Numbered from the whole stretch's first letter, positions 43,425 through 55,402 are shown. The stretch: DNA of 63,925 nucleotides, filler included, from Trichomonas gallinae (GCA_008369845.1; 8 parts of 8 records of this genome joined end to end with filler, not necessarily neighbours in it), one strand, 5' to 3'. Notes: generated by a model not told the origin, from the letters alone. A program made the numbers and translations.

Positions 43425-46058
43425 ATGAATGAAGTCCTTAAAGCTGGCTGGTGTCTTAAGGAGGGGGGCTTCATTCATAACGTCAAGAAGCGGTGGTTCG
43501 TGCTGACCTTTTCGAACCTTTATTACTACAAAAAAATCGATGGACCCGCGAAAGGGAATATTGAAATCAAAGCTGACTTCGAAATTCGCAGCGACCCGAC
43601 ATTCAGATTGCAGCCGTGCTTTACTATATCGTCTCCATCACTCAAAAAAGTTTATTATATAAATCCTGAAAATGATGCTGAGCGAGATGATTGGATATCT
43701 ATGCTAAGAACATGCGTCGATATTCAAATAGGTATGGACAATCCTGCTTTTACCAAAAATTATTTCTCTCTTTACAATAATTATATAAATATCTCTGAGA
43801 GACTTTGGGATTTGGACAGAGGAAATATCCCGAGCATCACAAAAACAATAAAGGTCGGCATACAGACACAAATCTACCGACAGAGAATTATTTTCGACAC
43901 ATTGAGAGAAATAACATTCAGCAGACTGAAATCCCTACCAATTTATGCAGACCTTTATTGTAAGGTAATTCACGAGCTGAAATTAGACCTCAAAGCTTCA
44001 GATTTTGCAGATATTCCTCCAATTCAAGCAATTCTCATTTTAAGGGGCTTAATTGATGGGGAAATCACGGGTTATTACGAGAACTTCACAGAAGAACAAA
44101 TTTTCGGGATTTACAAAAAAGATTCATTTTTGTATACTTTGTTTTGGGACGATTTTGAGCAATATAAACCACCAACAGAGGAAGATGTCCAGGAATGTCA
44201 GGACCAACTCCACTTATCTCCAATTTCTGCGGCTGCAAAATTTGGATCAATTAAAATTTTCAACGAATTAGCGCGAGGAATCAATGCCTTCGACGAAGAG
44301 ACATATAAATGCGCTTATATGAGCGGCAGCATGGAAATAATCAACAAGATTAAACAGACAAATCAAAGGCCGCCGCTTGACTGCGTGGAAATCGCTGTTA
44401 GACACCACCACAATGATATAGTCTATGACTACTGCAGGGATGAGATCGCAGATTTCAGCTGGCACAACGCATTAATCGGCGGAAACTTCAAAGCCTTCTT
44501 TGACAAGCTTTTTAGGTCTAAAAACTTCACAAAGAGGGACAACAACGGACAGACACCACTTATTGCTGTTACTTTTTGGGGATCTTTGCCAATTGTTAAA
44601 TTTATTCAAGAATTAGGCGGAAACATTGATGCTTTGAGCTCAACGAATACAACAGCACTCAATATAGCATTAGAAAAAGAATTTTTCGATATTGCTGCTT
44701 TCTATATAGAAAAGGGAGCAAATTTAGATTTGAAATCTGAAAATGGCTGCTGTCCTTTGATTTTATGCGTCCAAAATAACAGCCTCGACTGCGTAAACTT
44801 CCTAATGAAATACTCTATAAACGTAGATAGCATGAATTACAACAGAGAAACAGCTTTGATGATAGCAGTGAAAACAAACAACGCAGACATCATAAAAGCA
44901 CTGATAAAGATGAAAGCGAACCCCAATATTCCCGATGATAACAACAATACTCCACTAATTCACGCGATTAACAACGACAATTTAGATATCGTCAAAACTT
45001 TAGTGAATTACGGCGCCAAGATATGCTTAGAGGAGCCGCATTTTACTATAAACGCGTTTCTCCACGCTTGTTACAAGAATAGGCTCGAAATCGTTAAATA
45101 TTTCATCGAAAACGGCCACAGTGCTCAGGACGTTGATCTAAAGGGAAGAAACGGTTTAATGATAGCTTTAGAGAACGGTTACAAGGAGCTTTCAGTCTTT
45201 TTGATGAAGCACATCAAGAATTATTACCAAAATGATATAACTGGGCTTCCTACGATCGCTTATGCAGCACAGAACGGCCACCTTGAGTGCTTCAAGCATA
45301 TAATCGAATGTATGCCCGGATTCGATATAAATACTGTTGCATTAGGAAGTACAATATTACATTACGGAGTTAGATCGAAAAACGCCGAAATTGTCGAGTA
45401 TATCTTAACATTCGACCCAGAAACAGAGCAGTTCGATGAAAATGGAAACACTCCGCTAGTTTTAGCGTGTTTAAACAAAGATGTCGCTGTTGTTAAGGTT
45501 TTAGTTGAATATGGAGTAGACATCAACAAGAGGGACCTCAAAGGAAATACTGCGTTAATGCATTGCTGCATAAACTTCGAAAATGAGTGTGGCAAATATT
45601 TAATTGAACACCACGCAGATATGGAGATGAAAAACAACGACGGAATCTTCCCTCTTATTGCAGCAACTATAAAGAAGAACGTAGAAATGATCAAAACGCT
45701 TCTTGATAATCATGCAAATATAAATGCAACAGATTCCTTCGGAAACACGGCTCTTATCCAAGCGGCTTCGATGAATATCCCTGAAGTAGCTGAAGTTTTG
45801 ATTGCTCATAACGCAGATGCTTCAATACAGAATCGTAACGGCAATGACGCACTTTCAGTTGCCAGAAAGGTCAGATCTACACAGACACTGAAGATTATTG
45901 CCGAATATAAGGGAAGAGATTCGCTTAGCTCAAGCAATAGTTTCAGATATTCAATAAGTGGCTCAAACTCTCCAATTTACGTAACCCAGTTTAACCACCA
46001 CGATTCAACGGATATACCCGCTACTTACTCACCAAGAGTTTATCGTACATTTAATTAA
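43425..46058 (+). CDS. PH domain + DUF3447-like + ankyrin-repeat protein
   Basis: PH motif KAGWCLKEGGFIHNVKKRWFVL...ERDDWI; DUF3447-like AAKFGSIKIF...CAYMSGSMEII...AVRHHHNDIV; more than 12 ankyrin repeats (GQTPLI, TALMIAV, GNTPLV, GNTALI). First ATG at 43425. Confidence 0.92.
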   Translation: MNEVLKAGWCLKEGGFIHNVKKRWFVLTFSNLYYYKKIDGPAKGNIEIKADFEIRSDPTFRLQPCFTISSPSLKKVYYINPENDAERDDWISMLRTCVDIQIGMDNPAFTKNYFSLYNNYINISERLWDLDRGNIPSITKTIKVGIQTQIYRQRIIFDTLREITFSRLKSLPIYADLYCKVIHELKLDLKASDFADIPPIQAILILRGLIDGEITGYYENFTEEQIFGIYKKDSFLYTLFWDDFEQYKPPTEEDVQECQDQLHLSPISAAAKFGSIKIFNELARGINAFDEETYKCAYMSGSMEIINKIKQTNQRPPLDCVEIAVRHHHNDIVYDYCRDEIADFSWHNALIGGNFKAFFDKLFRSKNFTKRDNNGQTPLIAVTFWGSLPIVKFIQELGGNIDALSSTNTTALNIALEKEFFDIAAFYIEKGANLDLKSENGCCPLILCVQNNSLDCVNFLMKYSINVDSMNYNRETALMIAVKTNNADIIKALIKMKANPNIPDDNNNTPLIHAINNDNLDIVKTLVNYGAKICLEEPHFTINAFLHACYKNRLEIVKYFIENGHSAQDVDLKGRNGLMIALENGYKELSVFLMKHIKNYYQNDITGLPTIAYAAQNGHLECFKHIIECMPGFDINTVALGSTILHYGVRSKNAEIVEYILTFDPETEQFDENGNTPLVLACLNKDVAVVKVLVEYGVDINKRDLKGNTALMHCCINFENECGKYLIEHHADMEMKNNDGIFPLIAATIKKNVEMIKTLLDNHANINATDSFGNTALIQAASMNIPEVAEVLIAHNADASIQNRNGNDALSVARKVRSTQTLKIIAEYKGRDSLSSSNSFRYSISGSNSPIYVTQFNHHDSTDIPATYSPRVYRTFN

Positions 46059-46120
46059 TTTTAATTTTTTGTTTAATATTAGCGCGATTAAATGTTTTTA
46101 TTCTGTCATAACTCTTTTTA

Positions 46121-46286
46121 CCATGGGTGTGGTGTATTTGCACGATTCTTTCGGAGTTTTAGAGCGAATTCAAAAGTCGGTCAGATGCAAAACAGCCTGA
46201 CAAGGTCTAGGAAATTGGCTGCTGCTAGAAAACTCAAAAGCGCATCTGAAATAACACAAAACAACCAAACAATTCAACAAAAATGA
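46121..46286 (-). ncRNA. Candidate structured ncRNA (unknown family)
   Basis: GC-enriched island with several complementary pairs and a nested pseudoknot, downstream of a minus-strand Inr TCATTTT. No credible ORF (see findings). Confidence 0.35.
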
Positions 46287-46999
46287 AAATTTATTAATTG
46301 TAGATAGAAAATTATGGCATTTTATTATTAAAAATCACCTTTATTTTTAATGTAGAATATGGAATAAATAATAGTTTGAAAATTCTGCCGAGGCGTAAAA
46401 ATATTATTTCCGACCATTCATCGAAAAAATCATCCGCAGTTTTTATAAAACATAACCGTTTATTGTATATAAATTGCTATTCTTTTATTATGAGTTTTAA
46501 GGCTTAACTATTATTTAGATTAAAATAAATTTATATGATATCATGGGTGTGATAGTTTATTCAAAAAAATTATATTTGAATCAAAAGTAATCGTAGTCAT
46601 TCAAAACTCACGGGTTAATTATTTTTAGCAATTTTAGGTTAAATCAAAATAATAATAGATTTGCTAATGATTTTCTATGGTTTTATTTTTTTATTGTTTT
46701 AATTTCAGTGCTGTCATTATAATGAATAAAATCCTATCGAAATAATATTGCTAGAAATGATAAATGCAGCTTGATTAGAGCAAATTCTCAGAAAATGATG
46801 GGTGCTGAAATTTGAGAGAAATAATCGTCGGAATTGAAAAAATAAGCAAGTTTGAAAGGATGGAAGTGACAAAGGTGACATGTTTTCAAACTGATTATAA
46901 AATAAAAAACGTTTTGATTTTTAGATTAAAAACATGAATAAGATTTATAAAATAATAGTGATAAAGGGTAAAACATGCTAAAGTATAACTAAATTTTGC

Positions 47000-47503
47000 T
47001 TAAAGAGTGAAATGGAATATATCGAAGTTAGAATCAGTGATAGCTGTAACTAAATCATCGAATTGTAATTCACTTGGGTCGATATCTGATCCACTGAGGG
47101 CATCCTTTGGTATGGCGTTAGCAATATCTTCAAATAAGGTAGATTCGGCGGGCTTTGGCGAAGTGTTTTTGGTCATGAGGATATGATATCTATTCTTGAT
47201 TTGGCTGTCGTTTCTGCCCTGGAAGTGCTTGGCAATCTCAGTCCAGCGGTGGTCAAGTGAATGAACCAAGTTAATTAACTTGTTCTCTTCCTCTTCCGTC
47301 CATGGGCCGTTGTTAACATTTGGCGAGAGGTATCTTGTCCATCTATCCTTGCATTGTCTCTTATTTCTTCCTGGCATCTTGTTTGCAATTGTCTTCCAAT
47401 CGTTCTCTCCATACCTGGCAACTAAGTCTGCGAGGTGCTTGTCCTCTTTAGCAGAGAAGCGGCAGTTGACGCGGTTGCGGGTCATCAGTGCGTATGCTTG
47501 CAT
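47000..47503 (-). CDS. R2R3 Myb DNA-binding protein
   Basis: FSAKEDKHL...WKTIANKMPGRNKRQCKDRWTRYLSP...WTEEEE...WTEIAKHFQGRNDSQIKNRY. ATG 47503 follows Inr TCATTTT. Confidence 0.95.
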   Translation of the reverse strand: MQAYALMTRNRVNCRFSAKEDKHLADLVARYGENDWKTIANKMPGRNKRQCKDRWTRYLSPNVNNGPWTEEEENKLINLVHSLDHRWTEIAKHFQGRNDSQIKNRYHILMTKNTSPKPAESTLFEDIANAIPKDALSGSDIDPSELQFDDLVTAITDSNFDIFHFTL

Positions 47504-48755
47504 TATCCAAAAATGAATGAATATTTTGATTTTCTCATTTTCATTGAAAAGCATCGGCGGTTGATCAAATCAATATTTTGAGTGAATTCGCAAATTATTA
47601 TATATCACTTTACAATGAGTAGAATAAAGAAGAAAAATTGTTGGTTGGGAAAAGTCTACACAAAAAATTGTTGCTTTTTAAAAAAAAAATCAATGAGATT
47701 TTGAGAGCCATTTCTAATCTTGACAAATTCTTCGGTAAATAATGCTCCAAATCACTACTATATGTGATGGTTTAAATGCGGAGTAAAAATAATTGAATAT
47801 CAATCGCTTTACGTTGTAAAAATAATTTGAGTAGCTTTAAAGACAAAAGAAATAAAATAAGATGCAAAAGAACATTAACTACAAGGTTTTAAAGCATAGC
47901 AACGATTTTTGAATGGGCATTCAGCATTTCAAAATATTAATTAAAAATCCAGCTGAATCATAGATCTTCAATATATTGTCTATCATTTTCTATCAAAATT
48001 GATTCAAGGGATTCACTCAATAAATTCTTTATCCTTTGTAAAAATAACTAAAAATTCAATTAGCCCATTGAAAATTTTTGGCTAAAGAATCTATTATATT
48101 AAGCTATTTCTTGAAATATTTTACTTAACTAATTAAATGTAAACTTCATAATTTTTTTAAATGGTCAAAATAAATTTAGCAAAAAGCCGGCTTTTTATAT
48201 GCTATAAGTGATGTTTCTTGTTCGAACACGTTGAAATAAAACCGATTTCTTTGAAAGTGATACCCTTTTTTGTATGGGTTCTGTCACAGTTGCGCAATTA
48301 TCGTAAGTTATAGTTCCGCGTTAGCTGTAATATGCCGCTGAACACGGAAATAGCAAAATAACCAGTTTTCTCGAGATAGCAATTGAAATTATTTTTAACC
48401 CATTTTTATACGAAAATTGTGATAAACTCTTCCGTTTTTCGCCATTCAAAAACTTTAACACTGCAAATATCTCCCAATATAGCTCTTTTCGATAGAATTC
48501 CGCTCAGAAGTTTGATCAGACAAAAATTTCCGTTTTTGTTGAAAATTTAGCTTAAGAATTAAGGTAATTTTGCGTAAAACTCCGCAAATAGCTCTATTTT
48601 CGTGTGATTAAAGAAAATAACAAAGTTTCGAGTGTCTCAGGGCAGTTGCTATCGTATTTCCTAAATTTTCATTTTAAAAACACGCTTAAAATAAATAATT
48701 TATATAATATAATCATATATTTTACACAATTAATACTGATATCTATCGACTAAAC

Positions 48756-49832
48756 TTAAAGTTCGGCGAGTTCATCTTCATCATTCTCATCTTCTGCGTG
48801 AGCTTCTTCGTGAGTGGCGGCATCCTCTTCTTCGGCATTGTGCTGCTCTCCACTGCCTTTGGGCTGAATGAAACCGAGCGCAAGAGATAAAATGATGAAG
48901 CAAATTCCAATGCAACAAATAATGATTTCCCATGTTAGATACAACTTCCATTCATGTAAGAAGGCGACACCAACAATGACGCCAACGATTAACTGACCAA
49001 ATGGAACAAGATTTGTACCGAAAGATCCCAAAGTGGAAACCAAGAAGAGGAGACACTGAACGGCAACTCCTGACACTAGAACACCAACCATTACAGGCCA
49101 TGCCCAAGCAATTGGTGGCGCATCATGTACCATTCTTGTGATATTCTTTGGACCATCGAAACAGAGCATCCAGACAGCATTCCACACAACAGAAGCGAAT
49201 AACTGAATTGCAACACCTGTTGTAACATCCGAATTCGGACATTTCCATTTGTAAAATACTGGAGCAATGCCAAACATTACAACAGATATGAAAACAAGGA
49301 AGTATCCGAGCAGCATCTGCTTGAATGACGCTCCTGTTGAGTCTGCGTGTCTGAATGATGGTACGCCACATAAAGCAACACCAACAATTGAAGCCAAAAT
49401 TGACCAAAGCTTCATCCACGTGAATGGCTCATCAGCCAGAGCAAAGTGGGCCATGATTGCTCCAGCTCCTGTAGAAATCGGAAGCATAATCTGGACATTC
49501 GCTGAACTTACCCACTTTTGAGCGACGGCAATCAAACAGTGGGGTGTTCCCAAGTTCAGAAGTCCATCAATCATCATCCAAACGATTGGCATCACACCAC
49601 TTGTAAAATGCGCTTTGACAACTTGTCTGTAAACACCGTCCTTATTGATTGCCAGACGTACCATGAGTAATCCTACCGTAAAGATGAAGCCAAAAAGCAT
49701 TCTGAAAGTTTGAAATAATCCTGCAGAAAAGTAAACCAATCCTTTGGCAACAAAGGCATAGCTGGCACCGTATAGTGTTGCAGCAACAACGAAAATTATT
49801 GCTGAGGAAATACTACACTTCATACTTTGCAT
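48756..49832 (-). CDS. EamA/DMT-family transporter
   Basis: 10 TM helices; LYGASY, FRMLFG, AQKWVSS, LADEPFT, FLHE; acidic tail. Confidence 0.9.
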   Translation of the reverse strand: MQSMKCSISSAIIFVVAATLYGASYAFVAKGLVYFSAGLFQTFRMLFGFIFTVGLLMVRLAINKDGVYRQVVKAHFTSGVMPIVWMMIDGLLNLGTPHCLIAVAQKWVSSANVQIMLPISTGAGAIMAHFALADEPFTWMKLWSILASIVGVALCGVPSFRHADSTGASFKQMLLGYFLVFISVVMFGIAPVFYKWKCPNSDVTTGVAIQLFASVVWNAVWMLCFDGPKNITRMVHDAPPIAWAWPVMVGVLVSGVAVQCLLFLVSTLGSFGTNLVPFGQLIVGVIVGVAFLHEWKLYLTWEIIICCIGICFIILSLALGFIQPKGSGEQHNAEEEDAATHEEAHAEDENDEDELAEL

Positions 49833-50739
49833 TTTTATTTTTTTGAAAAAAAAAATTGATTTTTTTTTGGACCAAAATTCGTTATATTATCTTATCACTA
49901 AATAAATACCACAAAGTTTTAAAAATCGTGAAAAATTAACAATAATCCTATCGGCAATTTCTAGTTTTTATCATTATATTTTGTTATAACATGTTTTAAT
50001 GCGAAATATATGGTTGGATTCAGTGAATTCAATATTTTTGAGAGATTCATCCCTCATCGTTTTTTTGTAAACATAACAAAAAATATTACAACGATTATTA
50101 TCCACCCAAAAAACAAATGTGAGATGAAAATATTTTTATTATGTAGCTTATCAAAAAGAATTTCAGATTTTGCAGTTAAAATTTTAAAACCGAAAATGAG
50201 AGTAAAAACGTTCAGCAACAATGGGAGAAATAAGACTTACTTCGCGGATCCTTGTTTGTATGCCATAAGTAAACTCATTTTCTTTGTCTGAATCCAAATA
50301 TCCAATATTGTTTCACATTCATCATCAATCAAAAAAAAAATTTAAGCAATATTATGGTAATTATCATCTAAAATTATGTTCTTTACATCATCAAAATTGC
50401 TACCTTATTAATTATCAATCGAAAAAATTAGCTACTCATGAAATCATAATCCGAATTTATAATTTTATCAATAATGAGATAAACTCGATGTATTGTTTAA
50501 TTTTACAAGCAATAGAATATATGTTTATAATAGTCAAATTCTCATATAATTGAATTTTTTTGTAAATCTATTTCATATCGATTGATTTATATAAAAATAT
50601 ACAATTATCACATTGCGTTTATATTATAAATTTGTTAGAAGATATTATATGTGTGTTTTTGCTCCATAATAATGAATTACAACTAATTGCAAGAATATCG
50701 AACTCAATTTTACAATTTTAATATGCGTGCTTTATTGGT

Positions 50740-51410
50740 TCAATCACTTTCTTTTTAGTATTCAGACGCAATTACATGTAAAAGACTGAGTATAAACGAA
50801 ATTGATTTTAAGACGAGATAATTTCTTAGATTTTGTACTTATTTCTTTCTCAACTTTTGTCATATTAATACTTTACCTTATAATTCATACAGCTATACTG
50901 TTAATCATCTACTAACATTGTTGTGTAAGACTTCTTCACAATCAACATTAGTCCGTTTACATACATTGTATCTTTGCAATAGAAAATAATGGCAAAGTAT
51001 TGAAAAGAAACAGATAAGACAGAATAGTATAACATACAATTCCATTATTAAAAACTAAAGAAAATATATTATTTGGATCAATTATTCTTGAGAAGCAGTC
51101 TTTTTAATGCGAAACGCATGTATTTGCAATGTGCTAACGTAAAGCATCTATTTGAGCTTGGGTTGTTTTTCTTCATAATTTCGAATGATTTTCTCGACAA
51201 AAGCCCTTCGAAGTAGATCACAAATTAAGTTTTGTAATTTTGACGTGTAAACTAAAATCTGACATCAAAATGATATATAATTTCATTTTGAGTTGACTCT
51301 GCAATTGAGCTGCTGTAATGGTTTGTATTGATTGCCATTTCTAGTATATGTGCTAATGGAAATATATGTCTTGAACAAAACTGTGATTGAAAGGAATTTG
51401 ATCTAATTCA
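50740..51410 (-). pseudogene. Heavily decayed ankyrin-like remnants
   Basis: Minus-strand fragments such as LSLLHVIASEY*KE, AQIDALR*HIA and NGNQYKPLQQ inside a 3.5-kb gene-free stretch. Confidence 0.3.
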
Positions 51411-53304
51411 TAATTAAGATGGGGAAAAAACATTATTTTGGATAAATTATAATATTCTCTGGATTTTTATAACTTTTATATGAGTATAATCTATTCTAAA
51501 TATTCAAAATATAGTATTCAAGTTAATTGATATTTGGTTTTTGAATTCATATCAGCAAAATATAAAATTGATAAACCTAATTTTGATGTAATTATGATAA
51601 TATGAATGATAAAGTAATTGTCTTCATTAGAAAATGAAACAAAGATAAAAAAATAATTGTAAATTGTTTAATATTTGTATTAGATGGAATTTTGCATATT
51701 AGATATATATAAAAGTTGAGAAAATGATTGTATTAAGTCATATGACGCCTATTACAAAACCAATATATTAAAATTATTTTCATGTAAGGATTAAAATGAA
51801 TACACATTGTTCACTGCACTTTGTGGAGAAGATAATGAAAAAAACTCATGCATCGCATATAATAATTAAGACCTTTAATTTTCCATATATTGCATTTGTA
51901 TCATCAGGCTTAAATATAAATATCAATTTGACGTTATATGAAAGTGTAACCATTAGTGAAGATTATGACTAAATCATTTTCATTCCTATATCTTCAATCT
52001 AACCGATTTTCCCTCGATAAGCATTATAGCGTAGAAATTATTTTTATTTTTCGCAAAAATCTATTACTCCAGAAAATACCAATAGGTAATGACAGATTAA
52101 TGATATTTGCTGTGAAATTGAGTACTGGCAGCAAAAGATCGAATCTGAAAATAAAATTAATCAAATAAACAATCAATTGCGAGCGTAAAGATTCGGACTT
52201 ACACTTTTTATACCGCTGGTGATTTGATAAAGATTTTTTTACAACCGAAAAAAGTTCGAAACAAAAAAACGAATTCAAAGAAAAGGCTAAAATGCTCTAA
52301 AAAGTCAATAATCGCGATAAGCACACTCATTTATGTAGGAAAAACACGGCCTTAAAGGATAAGTGCTCTGTTTGAATTAATTTTTCTTTTGATAAGTTTA
52401 CATGCTAACATTATGTAAACTCTGAAATGACCGCAGTATTGAAAAATAAAAAGCTCCATATTTTGTATTTCGCATCCGATATGATCATGGAACATATATG
52501 TCGATTTGAACTATTTTCATGAATTATTATTCGCGATATCATTAAATAATAATGAAGTGAATTTTGTTTAGCTTTCAATTAGCGAATATCAATATTAAAA
52601 AGTTTACTTTTCATATGGGCTTAAATTGAAAAAATGTCATTTTGCTTTTCCTTTTGTTTGATGTTGTCGATTATTAATTTAATTTCAATTTCAATTCTTA
52701 TATAAAGATTCTTACATCTCAAATTTTTGTTGAAAAAATATATCATATATTATGTCAGTCGATAATATTGATTAATTTTGCTTTTTCATTTTTTCAATGA
52801 GATTTTTTAAGCAAAAAAATATGATTAAATTTAATTGTTTATTATAATTTTAATGAAAATTAAAAATTCCACTTTTTTGCAGATAATTTTCCGTTTTCAG
52901 TTGATATTCGAGTTATGTATTATATATTGGCATATAATTTTGATTTAAATTCAATGAAAATTATTTTGATTTATATGGTTGTTTCTAATAAATATGATGT
53001 ATTAATTTTAAAAACTATTGAAAATTATCATGATATTCCTCTCAAAAATTAACAAGACTTCAAAATTTGTGAACAAAAAGATATACTCAAATCCCCTTTA
53101 CTTTTGACACTAGTTTTGTTATATTCGTGATTATTCAACTATTTTCAGCAATCTGTACTGGTGTTTTGTTTTAGATTAATTTCTATATGCGACCATTTGA
53201 TAACATTCTCAAAAGTAATTTACAGATCATTAATATATCAATGATTAAAAGCATTTGTTGGTTGAAAAAAATTGAATATAGCGTTTTTCACTTTTTTTTA
53301 ATTG

Positions 53305-54111
53305 ATGCAAGTCCAACCCATCGCGCTGAACAAGCAATACGCGATGCAAAAAGCGCAGGAAGGTGTTCCGTACGTAATGTACCATAGCAGTACTCCACCA
53401 CCTTTCCAATATCAGTTCAATGGACAACAGAATATGTTCCAGCAGAATTATGCCCAGATTTCTCTATTAACTCCACAGTTTTCTCAGGCCACAGTACAAA
53501 GTGCCTATCCATTATACATGCCAGACTCTTCTTTCATTCAATTAATTTCTACAAAGCAATATTCGGAAAGCATGCCAATGTTCAACATTCAGCAGCCCAT
53601 ATCTCAACGATCGTTCGAATCGTTGCTGAATGATCCAACTTTAACATTTACACCAAATCAAATGGGGTTAATTCCTTCTTCTACATGGTCCTCTGAGGTT
53701 GTTACATTTGGTGCAATGGTTCAAAACTTTTTCAGGAGGAGAAACTCATCATCTTCAAAGTTCCCATACAAATTATTTAATGCTTTGAGAATTGTTGAAT
53801 TATATCCAGAATACTTCCAACACATTGGTGTCAGGTGGATCGATGACAATATTATTTGGGTTAACAGAGAACCATTTGCAAAATTAATTGGAGTAAAAAC
53901 AATTGAAGGTGGATTATTCCACCAACAGGGCAATTTCCCATCTCATGGATTTGTAGAGCTCTCGTTCGAAGAGTCTGAAACTGTTGCGGCTCATCATAAC
54001 TTAGGACATGTTGATTTGAGTCACATGAGAATGGTCAGACATTCTGCGGGAATATTTAAGCGCGGATGTACGGAAGCTGATCTCGAAAGATGCAAATGGA
54101 AAGGAGGATAA
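53305..54111 (+). CDS. Second IBD (IBP39-type) putative transcription factor with Gln-rich N-terminus
   Basis: RRRNSSSSKFPYKLFNALRI...IGVRWIDDNIIWVNREPFAKLIG...LFHQQGNFPSHGF; clear paralog of 2605..3414; Inr TCACTT upstream. Confidence 0.8.
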   Translation: MQVQPIALNKQYAMQKAQEGVPYVMYHSSTPPPFQYQFNGQQNMFQQNYAQISLLTPQFSQATVQSAYPLYMPDSSFIQLISTKQYSESMPMFNIQQPISQRSFESLLNDPTLTFTPNQMGLIPSSTWSSEVVTFGAMVQNFFRRRNSSSSKFPYKLFNALRIVELYPEYFQHIGVRWIDDNIIWVNREPFAKLIGVKTIEGGLFHQQGNFPSHGFVELSFEESETVAAHHNLGHVDLSHMRMVRHSAGIFKRGCTEADLERCKWKGG

Positions 54112-55153
54112 TTTGAATGTCTATATTTTATATCTGTTCATTTTTGTTTTAAACAATCTCGTCTTCTTTTACACATTTATGCCTTTCAATTCTCAAAGGT
54201 ATTAAGGCAAACTCTATTGAGCCGAATTGATCCCAATTCTATTGATGCAGTTCACTTATTACAATATTAAAAAGCAAACAAAAAGTGATTTATAGATGAT
54301 ATTACAAGTGTAAAATCTATGACTGTTATATAAATACAATGAAGAGATTTAAAATGACGAATGTCAAAGCTGTTATGCACTGTAAAATACTATAAAACCG
54401 TATGCAAAGAGATTAGTCATACAGAAATTGAATCATCGTTTGATAATAAAATATAAATAAAAATATCCAACAAATCTATTTGTGTTATCCATACCATTAT
54501 GATAGAGATTATATAACCATCATTTCTCTATATGATATAATAGCGCGGATTAGTTTCGCTTACTCAGGACATAAACATTTCATTTTTTTCCAAAATAAGG
54601 TTAATATCTCGTTTTTTCCCAGAATTTTTTCAAGGTGTTCTCCATTAATATTATGTCTTTTATCATGTAATAATCATGGATTTACAAGTAAATCTTCAAA
54701 AAATCGATAAGGAAAAGTTGCCGATCTCGATCATTTTCTCTGCCGTTTAGTCATGATTTATTTCTATAATAAAACAGAGTGCTTACTGTTCCATGATGTA
54801 AAATTAGCGAATTTGAAAAAAAAAAAGCATCGAAACGTGACAATTGTACGTTTAAATTTTTTATGAAAAACGCTCAAAAATTTGTATGTATTATTTAGTC
54901 ATGTTACAGATTTTATATTTAATTTTTTTAAGGAAATTTTTTTAATCAGCCACGAAATCAAAATAATATCTATAAGGCATAGCAGAGTGCGGCCATACAT
55001 ACAGTTTTTGATGAAAATTCTGCCATGGTCATACATTTGAATCCAATCATAAATTTTTTCTAAAAATGAACTACAACATAAATGCTATAGGTGGTGTATT
55101 TTTTGGAGTGTAAAGTTAAGAAATGGGCGACGGTTTTTCTTATCAAATATTGA

Positions 55154-55302
<149 letters not shown>

Positions 55303-55402
55303 NNNNNNNNNNNNNNNNNNNNNNNNNNNNNNNNNNNNNNNNNNNNTTAATTAATTAANNNNNNNNNNNNNNNNNNNNNNNNNNNNNNNNNNNNNNNNNN
55401 NN

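Noticed and set aside
46124..46135. TGGGTGTGGTGT resembling yeast TG1-3 telomere/TLC1 template
   Set aside because: A 12-nt match in an unrelated lineage; probably chance.
46092..46286. 64-aa plus-strand ORF, and minus-strand peptides LLSFLAAANFLDL / KTPKE resembling Skp1 or Elongin C
   Set aside because: The matches are short, lie in different frames and lack a start or the rest of the domain. The base-pairing pattern explains the island better, although a pseudogene is not fully excluded.
50010..52278. Short AT-rich ORFs in the track (also 29661, 33167, 36330, 36688, 38510, 54480, 60327, 60481)
   Set aside because: They have I/F/K/N-rich composition typical of random AT-rich DNA, often non-ATG starts, and no motifs.
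54989..54998. GCGGCCATAC, like a 5S rRNA 5' end
   Set aside because: No further 5S similarity or internal A/C boxes.
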